From the NCBI GenBank assembly GCA_013152835.1, contig JAADFQ010000129.1, positions 1-49,006 on the forward strand: a stretch of 49,006 nucleotides of DNA. Reading direction: 5' to 3'. A model generated the notes under the pieces. That model was not told where the DNA came from. It saw nothing but the letters and a program-made list of their open reading frames with translations, and searched no databases. Position numbers and translations under genes: made by a program. The stretch comes from FCB group bacterium. Lineage in GTDB: Bacteria; Fidelibacterota; Marinisomatia; Marinisomatales; J089. Shown here in pieces: positions 40,740 to 49,006 of this stretch. How positions within the stretch are numbered: the first letter of the stretch is position 1; every line of letters begins with the position of its first letter.

Positions 40740-41969
40740 CTAATCCATCGGATTCAAATCGGCACGCAAAATAAAGCCGGCCATCACAAAGGAGGACAGT
40801 AAAAATGATCCACCGTATGAAATAAATGGCAATGGCAATCCTTTAACCGGAATCATCCCCACCGTCATGGCAGCGTTAACAAAAACATGGGCCAGAAGAA
40901 TAATCGAAAACCCAAAAAGGATTAAACTGGTAAACCGTTCTTTTGACTCATAACTTTTCCGGACTGTCCTCAGAATGATCCAGGTAAAGACAATTAATAC
41001 AACCGCAATGGTTATGAAACCTAATTCTTCGCCAATGACCGATAAAATAAAATCCGATTCCTGAACCGGAAGAAATTTTAAATGGGTTTGGGTTCCCTGT
41101 CCCAGGCCCTTTCCGAACAATCCTCCGGACCCGATGGCCGTCTGGCTCTGGATAATTTGATAGGCGGCTCCCAACGGATCCTTCTCCGGATTCAAAAACG
41201 TTAATATTCGGTCTTGTTGATATGGTTTGAGTAGTGACCAGAAATATGGGGATAACAATCCCAAAAAAAGGTTACTGAAATACAACACAACACCGGTGAT
41301 AATTGTGGGTCGGGATAAATAGATTATAACCAGAAGCAAAAGACCCCAAACCGTAAAGGAAATCGAATGAAATGCGGTCAGGATACTAATAACCGGTCCA
41401 ATAAATAAAAATAAATGATATGGTCGGGCACCGCCCCAGAACAGCATGGGCAGCAATGGTGCGAAAATAATGATGGATGTTCCCAGGTCAGGTTGTTTGG
41501 CAATAATACCGGTTGGAATCAATACCAGGACCATCGCCGGGATCAATGCCGGGATATTCAGGGAATCGGGTTTCCGGTCGGATAAATACCGTGCGACCGC
41601 TACTACGGTGGCAATTTTAGCCAGTTCAGCCGGCTGAAATTGCATCCCCATCAGCGTAATCCACCGATGCGTACCGGCCACCTTGGGAAGCAGGAAGGGA
41701 ATCAAAATTCCGATGATGGCTAGACCATATAGTCCGTATGCATATTTATGAATCTTCGAAAGGGGAATAAAAACAACCAGGAAGGCTAAACTTAATGCAA
41801 GACCGAGGAATAAACCTTGTTTGGCGTAGGAATGTTGATACCAGGTACCCGGTTGGTTGGAACCAATACTGTATAAAGCCGCCAGCCCGATTCCAACGAG
41901 AAAAAGAATCGCCAGCAATACATGCACCGGAAAATTGGAAAGATATCCTTGCCGGGTAGCCTTACTCAT
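40740..41969 (-). CDS. rodA: Rod shape-determining SEDS glycosyltransferase RodA
   Basis: RWI..FQPAELAK, QPDLGT, YQIIQSQTAIGSGG, DFILSVIGEELGF, PLPFISYGGS. Confidence 0.96.
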   Translation of the reverse strand: MSKATRQGYLSNFPVHVLLAILFLVGIGLAALYSIGSNQPGTWYQHSYAKQGLFLGLALSLAFLVVFIPLSKIHKYAYGLYGLAIIGILIPFLLPKVAGTHRWITLMGMQFQPAELAKIATVVAVARYLSDRKPDSLNIPALIPAMVLVLIPTGIIAKQPDLGTSIIIFAPLLPMLFWGGARPYHLFLFIGPVISILTAFHSISFTVWGLLLLVIIYLSRPTIITGVVLYFSNLFLGLLSPYFWSLLKPYQQDRILTFLNPEKDPLGAAYQIIQSQTAIGSGGLFGKGLGQGTQTHLKFLPVQESDFILSVIGEELGFITIAVVLIVFTWIILRTVRKSYESKERFTSLILFGFSIILLAHVFVNAAMTVGMIPVKGLPLPFISYGGSFLLSSFVMAGFILRADLNPMD

Positions 41970-41974
41970 TCGAA

Positions 41975-43816
41975 TTAAGGATGCTGGTTTGTGGGATCTT
42001 CATGAAGGATTTCATCCCGCAATTCCGGACGAATCTCCTTTCCAATCCCTTTAGCCGCTAACTGACCATCATATTTCGCAAATGCACGGGCAAACATCTT
42101 CCTGGCTATGGGAGCCGCCACTTCCCCGCCATGTCCTCCGTTCTCGATTAACACGATAATGGATCGAATCTGATCGCCTTCCTTCCCGATTCCCACAAAC
42201 CACGCATGAGGTTCACCATGGGGATTCTCGGCGGTTCCGGTCTTGCCGCTGACAGATAAACTGTCGATGTGTGGATCTGACAGATGACCGGTTCCATGCC
42301 GCGCGTGAACCACCTGGTATAAGTATTGGTCCATCATGGTCCATAGTTCTTCAGGAAGATTGGGACCGTTAACCGGCTCCGGTTGTAAATCCAGATTTAC
42401 ATGCAACCGGTTTGTTTTTCCGTGCATCGCCACCATATTGACGAATTGTGCCATTTGCATGGGTGTCACCAGTATTTCTCCCTGACCGATTGCCAAATTC
42501 AAAAGAGCACCTTTGGCCCATCCGCGTCTTCCGAATTTTGCGGTCATATACGCAGCCGTAGGAATGACTCCGGCAGATTCAAAGGGAAGATCTATCCCGG
42601 TTATACGACCAAATCCAAAATCACGTGCCATTTGAGCCAGATCGTCCATTGTCGTTCGTTGAATCGCATTAAAAAAATAAACATTACAAGATTGAACAAC
42701 CGCTTTTCTCAAATTCACTTTCCCATGACCATATTCGTTCCAACAGTGGAAAACCCGGTCGCCAAAACGATAATTCCCAACGCAGGTAAACGTTTCTGTC
42801 GTATCCAGGAGTCCTTCAGACATCAGGAGCAGGGTCGTAATAATTTTAAATGTGGACCCGGGTGGATATTGTCCATTAATCAGACGGTTTAACAATGGTT
42901 TCATTGTATCCCCGATTACTGTCGCCCATTCCTGATCTCTGATCGTTCCGGTAAATAAATCGGGTGAATAATCAGGAACACTGACTGCTGATAGTATTTC
43001 GCCTGTGACCGGATCGGATAAAATCAAAGCACCCACCCGATCCTTCATCAATAATTCGGCCTCTTTTTGAAGTTCAAGATCGATAGTCAGGGAAAGATTC
43101 TTACCGGGAATTGGTTCTGCCGAGGCCTGCCCCGGAAGTTGGCCCATTTCACGACCGTAGGCATCTACTTCATAATATTGGACCCCATCCTTCCCCCGTA
43201 ATATGGATTCGTAGGATTTCTCCAACCCCTGCCAACCGATCATATCACCGGGATGATATAACCGGGTATTGTCCTGATTATCCAGCCCCGGTTGATCCAC
43301 TTCCTTGATATATCCGAGAATATGGGCTAACCTGACTGAAGAAGGATAAAAACGATTCGGTATTTTCTGATAGTGAATTTGGGGTAAATCAAATCGGTTT
43401 TCTTCCAGAGCACTGATTTGGGAGAACGACAAATCCTTGGCCAATCGCACCGGTGTATACTTGCTACGAAAATATTTATGAAAATTATTACTTAACGCAT
43501 TGGAATCCAGGTTTGTATAGGACTCGATTTGCTGAAACATGGGTTCAACATCTTGTAACTCCTCTGGAATCACACTTAAAACATACATGGGAAAATTATC
43601 GGTAATCAGAATACCGTTCCGATCGAAAATCAAGCCCCGGGGTGCAATTACAGGTACGGCCCGTATGCGATTAACCTCGGCCTGTGTTTTATATTTTTCG
43701 TGATTATAAATCTGGATAATAAAATAACGGATGAACAAACTCCCCATGATAAGCAGGATAACCAGATTCGCTACCCATAGCCGCCCCTGATTAATTCGGT
43801 TTTCAGCTTTAAGCAT
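41975..43816 (-). CDS. mrdA: Penicillin-binding protein 2
   Basis: APRGLIFDRNG, SxxK (PGSTFK), SCN, KTGTAE; in mre operon. Confidence 0.96.
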   Translation of the reverse strand: MLKAENRINQGRLWVANLVILLIMGSLFIRYFIIQIYNHEKYKTQAEVNRIRAVPVIAPRGLIFDRNGILITDNFPMYVLSVIPEELQDVEPMFQQIESYTNLDSNALSNNFHKYFRSKYTPVRLAKDLSFSQISALEENRFDLPQIHYQKIPNRFYPSSVRLAHILGYIKEVDQPGLDNQDNTRLYHPGDMIGWQGLEKSYESILRGKDGVQYYEVDAYGREMGQLPGQASAEPIPGKNLSLTIDLELQKEAELLMKDRVGALILSDPVTGEILSAVSVPDYSPDLFTGTIRDQEWATVIGDTMKPLLNRLINGQYPPGSTFKIITTLLLMSEGLLDTTETFTCVGNYRFGDRVFHCWNEYGHGKVNLRKAVVQSCNVYFFNAIQRTTMDDLAQMARDFGFGRITGIDLPFESAGVIPTAAYMTAKFGRRGWAKGALLNLAIGQGEILVTPMQMAQFVNMVAMHGKTNRLHVNLDLQPEPVNGPNLPEELWTMMDQYLYQVVHARHGTGHLSDPHIDSLSVSGKTGTAENPHGEPHAWFVGIGKEGDQIRSIIVLIENGGHGGEVAAPIARKMFARAFAKYDGQLAAKGIGKEIRPELRDEILHEDPTNQHP

Positions 43817-44284
43817 TTAGCGCAGCGGACGAACAAATTGGAGAATTCCCATCAGACTTAAGGTATAGAACGATGTAAGAATCCAGATATTCAGAAATTG
43901 CAAAAAATCAGTGTCCCACAAATACTGGAACCGGAAAAAAGAATAAATGAAAAAACTGAGTAAAACGATCCCTATCCAAATGATTGTAAAGGTTGCCGGG
44001 ATGAATCGCTGGTATTTCCCCTTTAAAAATCCGGAAAGATAACCTGTCAAAACATAGATTAATGATGATAAACCAAAATAGCTCCCGACTCCGATCCCAT
44101 CGATAATTAAGCCACAGAGAAATCCAACGATAACGGCGAAAAAACTCCCGTTTGAGACTCCGATATACACGATCAGGATCAGAAAAAAGTCAGGCCGGAC
44201 ACCCCGGATGGTCAGCCAGGGACCAATCAGAAACTGGAGAGCCAGCACTCCCAGCGTTATCAGGATTAATTGATTATTCTTCAT
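43817..44284 (-). CDS. mreD: Rod shape-determining protein MreD
   Basis: PDFFLILIVY, GFLCGLIID; hydrophobic; between mreC and mrdA. Confidence 0.88.
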   Translation of the reverse strand: MKNNQLILITLGVLALQFLIGPWLTIRGVRPDFFLILIVYIGVSNGSFFAVIVGFLCGLIIDGIGVGSYFGLSSLIYVLTGYLSGFLKGKYQRFIPATFTIIWIGIVLLSFFIYSFFRFQYLWDTDFLQFLNIWILTSFYTLSLMGILQFVRPLR

Positions 44285-45071
44285 GGGCGTCCTTTATCAC
44301 AACGAATACATCCGCAATGCGGCTGAGGTCACTGGCCAACTCAACGCGGACTTTTTTCTCATATCGCCCGCGAATATTTTCAACTCCCGTCACCGTTCCA
44401 ACCGGTAAATATTTTGGGAAAATATTACTGAATCCACTCGTTACTACCCGGTCTCCGATAGAAATATCCGCATTTTTGCGAACTTCCTGAATTTCGGCTT
44501 CATTACCGCCGATCCAGCGTAAAATCCCGGTGGTTCCGTTGGGTTGGATTCGGACGCTGATTCGAAAATTCATATCGGTATAGATCTGGACTGTCGAACT
44601 GAAATCGCCGCAAAGGATCGTTTTTCCTACCACTCCATCCGATGAAACCACAGCCATATTCTTTTGTACGCCGTCTTTTTGACCAACGTCAATAATCATG
44701 GAAGTGGCATGGGGTGTAATGCCTTTCATGAGCACATTCGCCGGTACCAGAGTTAGCTGACTTTGTTTCCTGAATTCCAGTAATTCCCGCAGATGATCAT
44801 AGTCCTTTTTCAGATTAAGAAATTCCTCCAATTCTAATTTCAACTGGAGATTTTGATTCCTCAATTGATCGTTTTCATCATGTAAACCAACCAGTGAACG
44901 ATAGTATTCCAGGGGGACTAGGAAAAATGAAAACGTGTCAATAGCTTTGGAACGAATGAGTTGGACATTCGGTGCATTATTGATGAACAGGAGTCGGACA
45001 GAGATTAATAATAATAAAAAAAAGGTGACGTGTTGACGGTTGGATACGATTGCGAGGTAAATTCTTCTCAT
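44274..45071 (-). CDS. mreC: Rod shape-determining protein MreC
   Basis: Coiled coil, IDVGQKDGV, GVVGK, GDRVVTSG..IFPKYLPVG. Confidence 0.95.
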   Translation of the reverse strand: MRRIYLAIVSNRQHVTFFLLLLISVRLLFINNAPNVQLIRSKAIDTFSFFLVPLEYYRSLVGLHDENDQLRNQNLQLKLELEEFLNLKKDYDHLRELLEFRKQSQLTLVPANVLMKGITPHATSMIIDVGQKDGVQKNMAVVSSDGVVGKTILCGDFSSTVQIYTDMNFRISVRIQPNGTTGILRWIGGNEAEIQEVRKNADISIGDRVVTSGFSNIFPKYLPVGTVTGVENIRGRYEKKVRVELASDLSRIADVFVVIKDAHEE

Positions 45072-45077
45072 TGCAGA

Positions 45078-46106
45078 TTACATTAACACAGCCTCGTATT
45101 TAGGTATATTTTCCAATACATTTCCGGTTCCCTTAACTACGGACAGTAAAGGTTCTTCCGCGATATTTACCGGAACATTGGTCCGTTCCCTGATTATCTG
45201 ATCAATTCCCTTCAGTAAACTGCCACCACCGGTCATAATAATTCCCCGGTCCAGAATATCAGCAGCAAGTTCAGGCGGGGTCTGTTCCAAAGCTCTTTTC
45301 ACGGCTTCAACAATATTCGCCGTGGGATCTTTAAGCGATTGGCGAATTTCATCGGATGATACTTCAATCGTTTTGGGAATTCCCGATACCAGATCCCGGC
45401 CTTTTACTGAGATGGAATCCATCTTCATCCGCATGGCAGAGCCAACCGCCTTTTTAATGTTTTCACCCGTGGGAAGACCAATTTCCAATTTATGTTCATT
45501 CCGGAACCATTTAACAATCGATTCATCCATTTCGTCGCCGGCAATCCGGATTGCCTCTTTCGTAACCACACCGTTTAATGCGATCACCGCAATTTCCGTT
45601 GTTCCGCCTCCGATATCCACGATAATATTTCCAACCGGCTTATCAATATCCAGCCCAATACCAATCGCCGCTGCCACCGGTTCTTCGATAAGGTAAACTT
45701 CCCGGGCATTCGCTCGCTCTCCGGAATCTTTTACGGCCCGGCGTTCGACCTCGGTAACCCCCGAAGGTACACAAATCACCATCTTCGGTCGGGCAAGCCG
45801 GTTCAAATTTATTTTCCGGATGAATCCCTGGAGCATACCGTCCGTCATGTTAAAATCGGCGATTACACCATCCTGGAGCGGACGAATTACTTCCAACTCA
45901 CGGTGTGTTTTTCCCATCATTGCCTTGGCATCATTCCCCACGGCCATGATTTTACCATCGTGCACCGAACGGGCTACGATTGATGGTTCATTAATGATTA
46001 TTCCCTTACCCTTGAGCCAGATTAGTGTATTGGCGGTCCCCAGATCAATGGCAATATCGCCAGAAATCCAGTTTAGCGAATCTTTGAGTGATGAAATGAA
46101 TCCCAT
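45078..46106 (-). CDS. mreB: Rod shape-determining protein MreB
   Basis: IDLGTANT, EPVAAAIG, DIGGGTTE, TPPELAADI, TGGGSLL. Confidence 0.99.
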   Translation of the reverse strand: MGFISSLKDSLNWISGDIAIDLGTANTLIWLKGKGIIINEPSIVARSVHDGKIMAVGNDAKAMMGKTHRELEVIRPLQDGVIADFNMTDGMLQGFIRKINLNRLARPKMVICVPSGVTEVERRAVKDSGERANAREVYLIEEPVAAAIGIGLDIDKPVGNIIVDIGGGTTEIAVIALNGVVTKEAIRIAGDEMDESIVKWFRNEHKLEIGLPTGENIKKAVGSAMRMKMDSISVKGRDLVSGIPKTIEVSSDEIRQSLKDPTANIVEAVKRALEQTPPELAADILDRGIIMTGGGSLLKGIDQIIRERTNVPVNIAEEPLLSVVKGTGNVLENIPKYEAVLM

Positions 46107-46214
46107 GATGGTACTACTTGTTCCGTTTTTGCCCTAAAATCGTCGATAAATCTACTTCAGTCCGTCTTCAAATCATCTCAATTTATCCAACCGTGATAAA
46201 AAGTTCGATAATGT

Positions 46215-47279
46215 CTAAATCAACTCAATATGACTCTGATCACCCAGCATAAAACGTAAATTATTGGGTTTCCCCTGACGCCTTTTTACCAGCACATTTT
46301 GTCCGAATAACGAACCGCTTACCCGTTGATTCAGATCCCGGATACATCCGCCCTCCATTAACACCGAGTATTCGATTTCACTATTTTGAATCTCGCATTG
46401 ATTTCCGATAGATGTATAGGGTCCGATATAGGCATTCTTTATTGTAACTGATTCGCCGATGATTGCCGGACCGCGGATGATTGAATTTTCAATAGCACAT
46501 TGTTTACCAATCGAAACTCGTCCGGAAACGGTCGTCGTTGGGAAATCGGCTGGTTGAACGGAATTTTTCAGACTATCCAGAACCAATCGATTGGCTTCCA
46601 GTAAATCCTCCGGTTTTCCCGTATCCTTCCACCAGCCCGTAATTTCGGAAAACGAAACAGAGAATCCTTTTTCAAGTAAATATTGATGAGCATCGGAAAT
46701 TTCCAGTTCGCCACGGGTCGAAGGCTGAATGGAGTTTACCGCTTTAAAAATACTGGAATCGTATAAATAAATCCCCGTTACTGCAAAATCACTCTTGGGC
46801 TTGGAGGGCTTTTCTTCAATGGAGATAATTCGATTACCATCCAATTCCGCCACTCCGAATCGGTTCGGGTCCGGTACTTTACTCAGAACCAGATGGCAAT
46901 TTGTCTTTTGGGATTGGAATTCATCGACAAACCGTTGAACACCGCCCACAAGAATATTATCGCCCAAGTAAAAAATAAATGGCTCATCCCCGATGAAGGA
47001 TTCAGCGATTTTCACTACATGGGCCAGTCCTTTAGGTGCGGACTGAGGGATATACGTGATCCTGAGACCTAACGATTCCCCCGATCCAAAGGCCCGTTCA
47101 ATTGATGTGTCGCCCGCATTTATAATTACGCCGACATCCTGAATTCCGGCCTCCGCCGAATATTCCAGCGCATATTGAAGCATCAATTTATTGGCAATCG
47201 GGATTAAATGTTTGTTCTGCGTATGCGTAATTGGTCGCAGCCGGGTTCCGTGTCCACCGGCAGTGATCAGTGCTTTCAT
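46215..47279 (-). CDS. rfbA: Glucose-1-phosphate thymidylyltransferase, long form (with hexapeptide-repeat tail)
   Basis: GGHGTRLRPIT..NKHLIP, LGDN, EKP, PSTRGELEISDA, WWKDTG, YIGPYTSIG. Confidence 0.9.
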   Translation of the reverse strand: MKALITAGGHGTRLRPITHTQNKHLIPIANKLMLQYALEYSAEAGIQDVGVIINAGDTSIERAFGSGESLGLRITYIPQSAPKGLAHVVKIAESFIGDEPFIFYLGDNILVGGVQRFVDEFQSQKTNCHLVLSKVPDPNRFGVAELDGNRIISIEEKPSKPKSDFAVTGIYLYDSSIFKAVNSIQPSTRGELEISDAHQYLLEKGFSVSFSEITGWWKDTGKPEDLLEANRLVLDSLKNSVQPADFPTTTVSGRVSIGKQCAIENSIIRGPAIIGESVTIKNAYIGPYTSIGNQCEIQNSEIEYSVLMEGGCIRDLNQRVSGSLFGQNVLVKRRQGKPNNLRFMLGDQSHIELI

Positions 47280-47806
47280 GTACGGATTCCTTTTTTAAGT
47301 CCTTCTTTGCTGAGTTCATCTGCGCGGCTGTTTTTTTCCCGCGGAATATGTTGAATCGACCACTCTGAAAAATGATTGACTATTTTTTTCACCTGGTGAT
47401 ACAGGGGAATCATGTTAGGATGTTTCACCTTATACTTCCCGTTGATTTGACGGACAATCAGTTCACTGTCAGCAAAAATCTTCAGGGAAGTAATGTTCAA
47501 ATCCTGCGCCATTTTGATTCCGCGTATGAGGGCTAAATACTCGGCTTCATTATTCGTTTTATGGCCGACAAATTCGGCAAAAGAATAGATTTCTTCACTG
47601 CCTTTATTGATATGACCACCGATACCGGCAGCTTTCAGGTGTAGATTGGCAGCCCCATCTACAAATAATCGGAAGTGATTCCCTTCTCCTTCCTCCGAAA
47701 TGAGAGTGCGTATTTCCTGTTGTTCCGTCTCCGGTAGTTTGTTCAGTACTTCCGGAACCAATATTCGTCTGAGAATAGCCAGTTGTCGGTGGGTAATAGT
47801 TTTCAT
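47276..47806 (-). CDS. rnhA: Ribonuclease HI family protein (archaeal/Ty1-like type) with short N-terminal extension
   Basis: FVDGAA, TNNEAEY, ADSEL, HIPREKNSRADELS; start MKTITH gives an ATGA overlap. Confidence 0.9.
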   Translation of the reverse strand: MKTITHRQLAILRRILVPEVLNKLPETEQQEIRTLISEEGEGNHFRLFVDGAANLHLKAAGIGGHINKGSEEIYSFAEFVGHKTNNEAEYLALIRGIKMAQDLNITSLKIFADSELIVRQINGKYKVKHPNMIPLYHQVKKIVNHFSEWSIQHIPREKNSRADELSKEGLKKGIRT

Positions 47807-48603
47807 ACGTGTTTCATCACCGGATTGGATCCTTGTTTGGCAGGACATTCTTCCCAATAATAACACCAGTAGCATAATTTCGTCTCATGGGGCATAAACG
47901 GTTTTTTCCCTTCAACATGGTCTCTGATTTGATCAATATTACATATTATTTTCTTTTTCAGGCGGGTTAATTCGTCCGAAGTTCGCGTCGAATGTACTAC
48001 GAAACCCGGCTGTAAAAAATGCCAGACAAGCTGGAATGATTCAGCCGGCTCTCGAGTTAATTCCCAACCCAGTTGATACAGCGCTAACTGTTCGTCTTTA
48101 TCCGCAGCCTGCTGGGTTAAAGCCCGTTTACCGGTCTTGTAATCATGAATTACAATTCCCTTCCCATTGAGTCTATCCACCCGGTCCAGGATTCCCACCA
48201 TCAAATAATTCCCGGAATCGTCCAATGAAAATTCCAGACGCTCTTCGGTAGCGATAACCGGTTGATCAAAGGGGAAATGAATCCGATAAAACCTGGCTAA
48301 CATGGATTCGCCAAGGCGAAAATAATCCCGGACGCCCATAAAACGATTGACGATAGCGATTCGTGAATGCCAATTGGACTTCCATAGATCAGAGAAAGAA
48401 GCCAGTACCGTATCCAGAGAAGGGGGAAATTCTGTTGCGAGTTGTCGGGAATACAGGTGTTCCAATGTCTCGTGAATTCTTTTCCCCAAAAACGCTTCGA
48501 TACCTTCATCGGGTTTCCGGACACCCTCTATGTAACGGATATAAAACTGTGCCGGACACTTTTTATATGATTGCAGCCGGCTGTGAGAAAAGTAATCCAG
48601 CAT
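47803..48603 (-). CDS. PD-(D/E)XK RecB/AddB/Cas4-like nuclease with Fe-S cysteine motif
   Basis: FSHSRL..YKKCP, LG..IHETLE, GILDRVD, IHDYKTG, QLALY, CYWCYYWEECP. Confidence 0.9.
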   Translation of the reverse strand: MLDYFSHSRLQSYKKCPAQFYIRYIEGVRKPDEGIEAFLGKRIHETLEHLYSRQLATEFPPSLDTVLASFSDLWKSNWHSRIAIVNRFMGVRDYFRLGESMLARFYRIHFPFDQPVIATEERLEFSLDDSGNYLMVGILDRVDRLNGKGIVIHDYKTGKRALTQQAADKDEQLALYQLGWELTREPAESFQLVWHFLQPGFVVHSTRTSDELTRLKKKIICNIDQIRDHVEGKKPFMPHETKLCYWCYYWEECPAKQGSNPVMKHV

Positions 48604-49004
48604 TAAAGACCGCGGAAGGGATCGCCCACTAAAGGAACATCGAGACGGTAATCCCCAAACCCATTATAATCGATAAATAAAAATTGGCGATTTATCCGGT
48701 GGTAATACCATAGTTCATAATTTCGCTGGGATTGGGTGCTGGCGCTGCGTTCCACTTCATCCGGTGGTCCGAAAAGAACATAGATCATGCCCATATCCGT
48801 CATCCATCCGGCAGAAAACCCGGAAAAATGATCGTTGGAATATTTAATACGACGATAATATTCATCCATGAGCTCATTCTGTTCCGTATCAGGATTCGGA
48901 TCTCTTGCTTTCCAAAATTCCTTAAACAGGGCTTCCCGTTTCTGACCATCCGCACCTTTCAACTTACGCCGTTCTTTATCATCCAAAATATAAACCATCT
49001 GCTG
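48603..49004 (-). CDS. GWxTD domain protein (5' end outside window)
   Basis: FWKARDPNPDT..NELMDEYYRRI.YSN, GWMTDMGMIYVLFGPPD; frame is open to the window edge. Confidence 0.92.
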   Translation of the reverse strand, partial: QQMVYILDDKERRKLKGADGQKREALFKEFWKARDPNPDTEQNELMDEYYRRIKYSNDHFSGFSAGWMTDMGMIYVLFGPPDEVERSASTQSQRNYELWYYHRINRQFLFIDYNGFGDYRLDVPLVGDPFRGL

Positions 49005-49006
49005 TA

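Noticed and set aside
46215-47279. O-antigen/dTDP-rhamnose gene cluster
   Set aside because: No rfbB/C/D or glycosyltransferase genes adjacent; the gene is isolated
47803-48603. Cas4 / CRISPR-Cas system
   Set aside because: No repeat-spacer array and no other cas genes were seen; the context is housekeeping
1-49006. Dozens of short alternative-frame or antisense ORFs in the ORF track
   Set aside because: They lie within well-supported genes, show no recognisable motifs, and are expected shadow ORFs

Overview
A densely packed, almost entirely minus-strand core-chromosome segment (about 45 genes, many start/stop overlaps) from a diderm FCB-group bacterium. Gene content suggests Ca. Marinimicrobia/Marinisomatota or a relative; this is inference only. 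Housekeeping genes: dprA, obgE, icd, coaD, rsmD, hrcA-grpE-dnaJ (no dnaK), ftsEX, nadD, glyA, mreBCD-mrdA-rodA, cpoB, RNase HI and a long-form glucose-1-phosphate thymidylyltransferase. No rRNA, tRNA, CRISPR array, prophage or transposase was seen. Most interesting: (1) an envelope operon of porV (with a duplicated Asp/Gly-rich insert), an M6-like pseudo-protease with a T9SS C-terminal signal (frameshifted), a gluzincin/beta-propeller/Omp85-like protein, a membrane protein and bamD; (2) an operon of a half glycogen synthase, a DUF4270-like lipoprotein, a FadL-like barrel and a TPR protein, resembling Bacteroidota BamH/BamG loci joined together; (3) comEA followed by a degenerate type IV pilin-like gene and a PilM-like fusion, near dprA; (4) a ~155-bp hairpin-rich non-autonomous element with a nested 32-bp palindrome; (5) a TPAT (TatT/TatP/QM) transporter; (6) a recurrent TA(A/G)ATT promoter-like hexamer, sometimes placed as for leaderless mRNAs. 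All calls come from motif recognition by eye; no searches were run.
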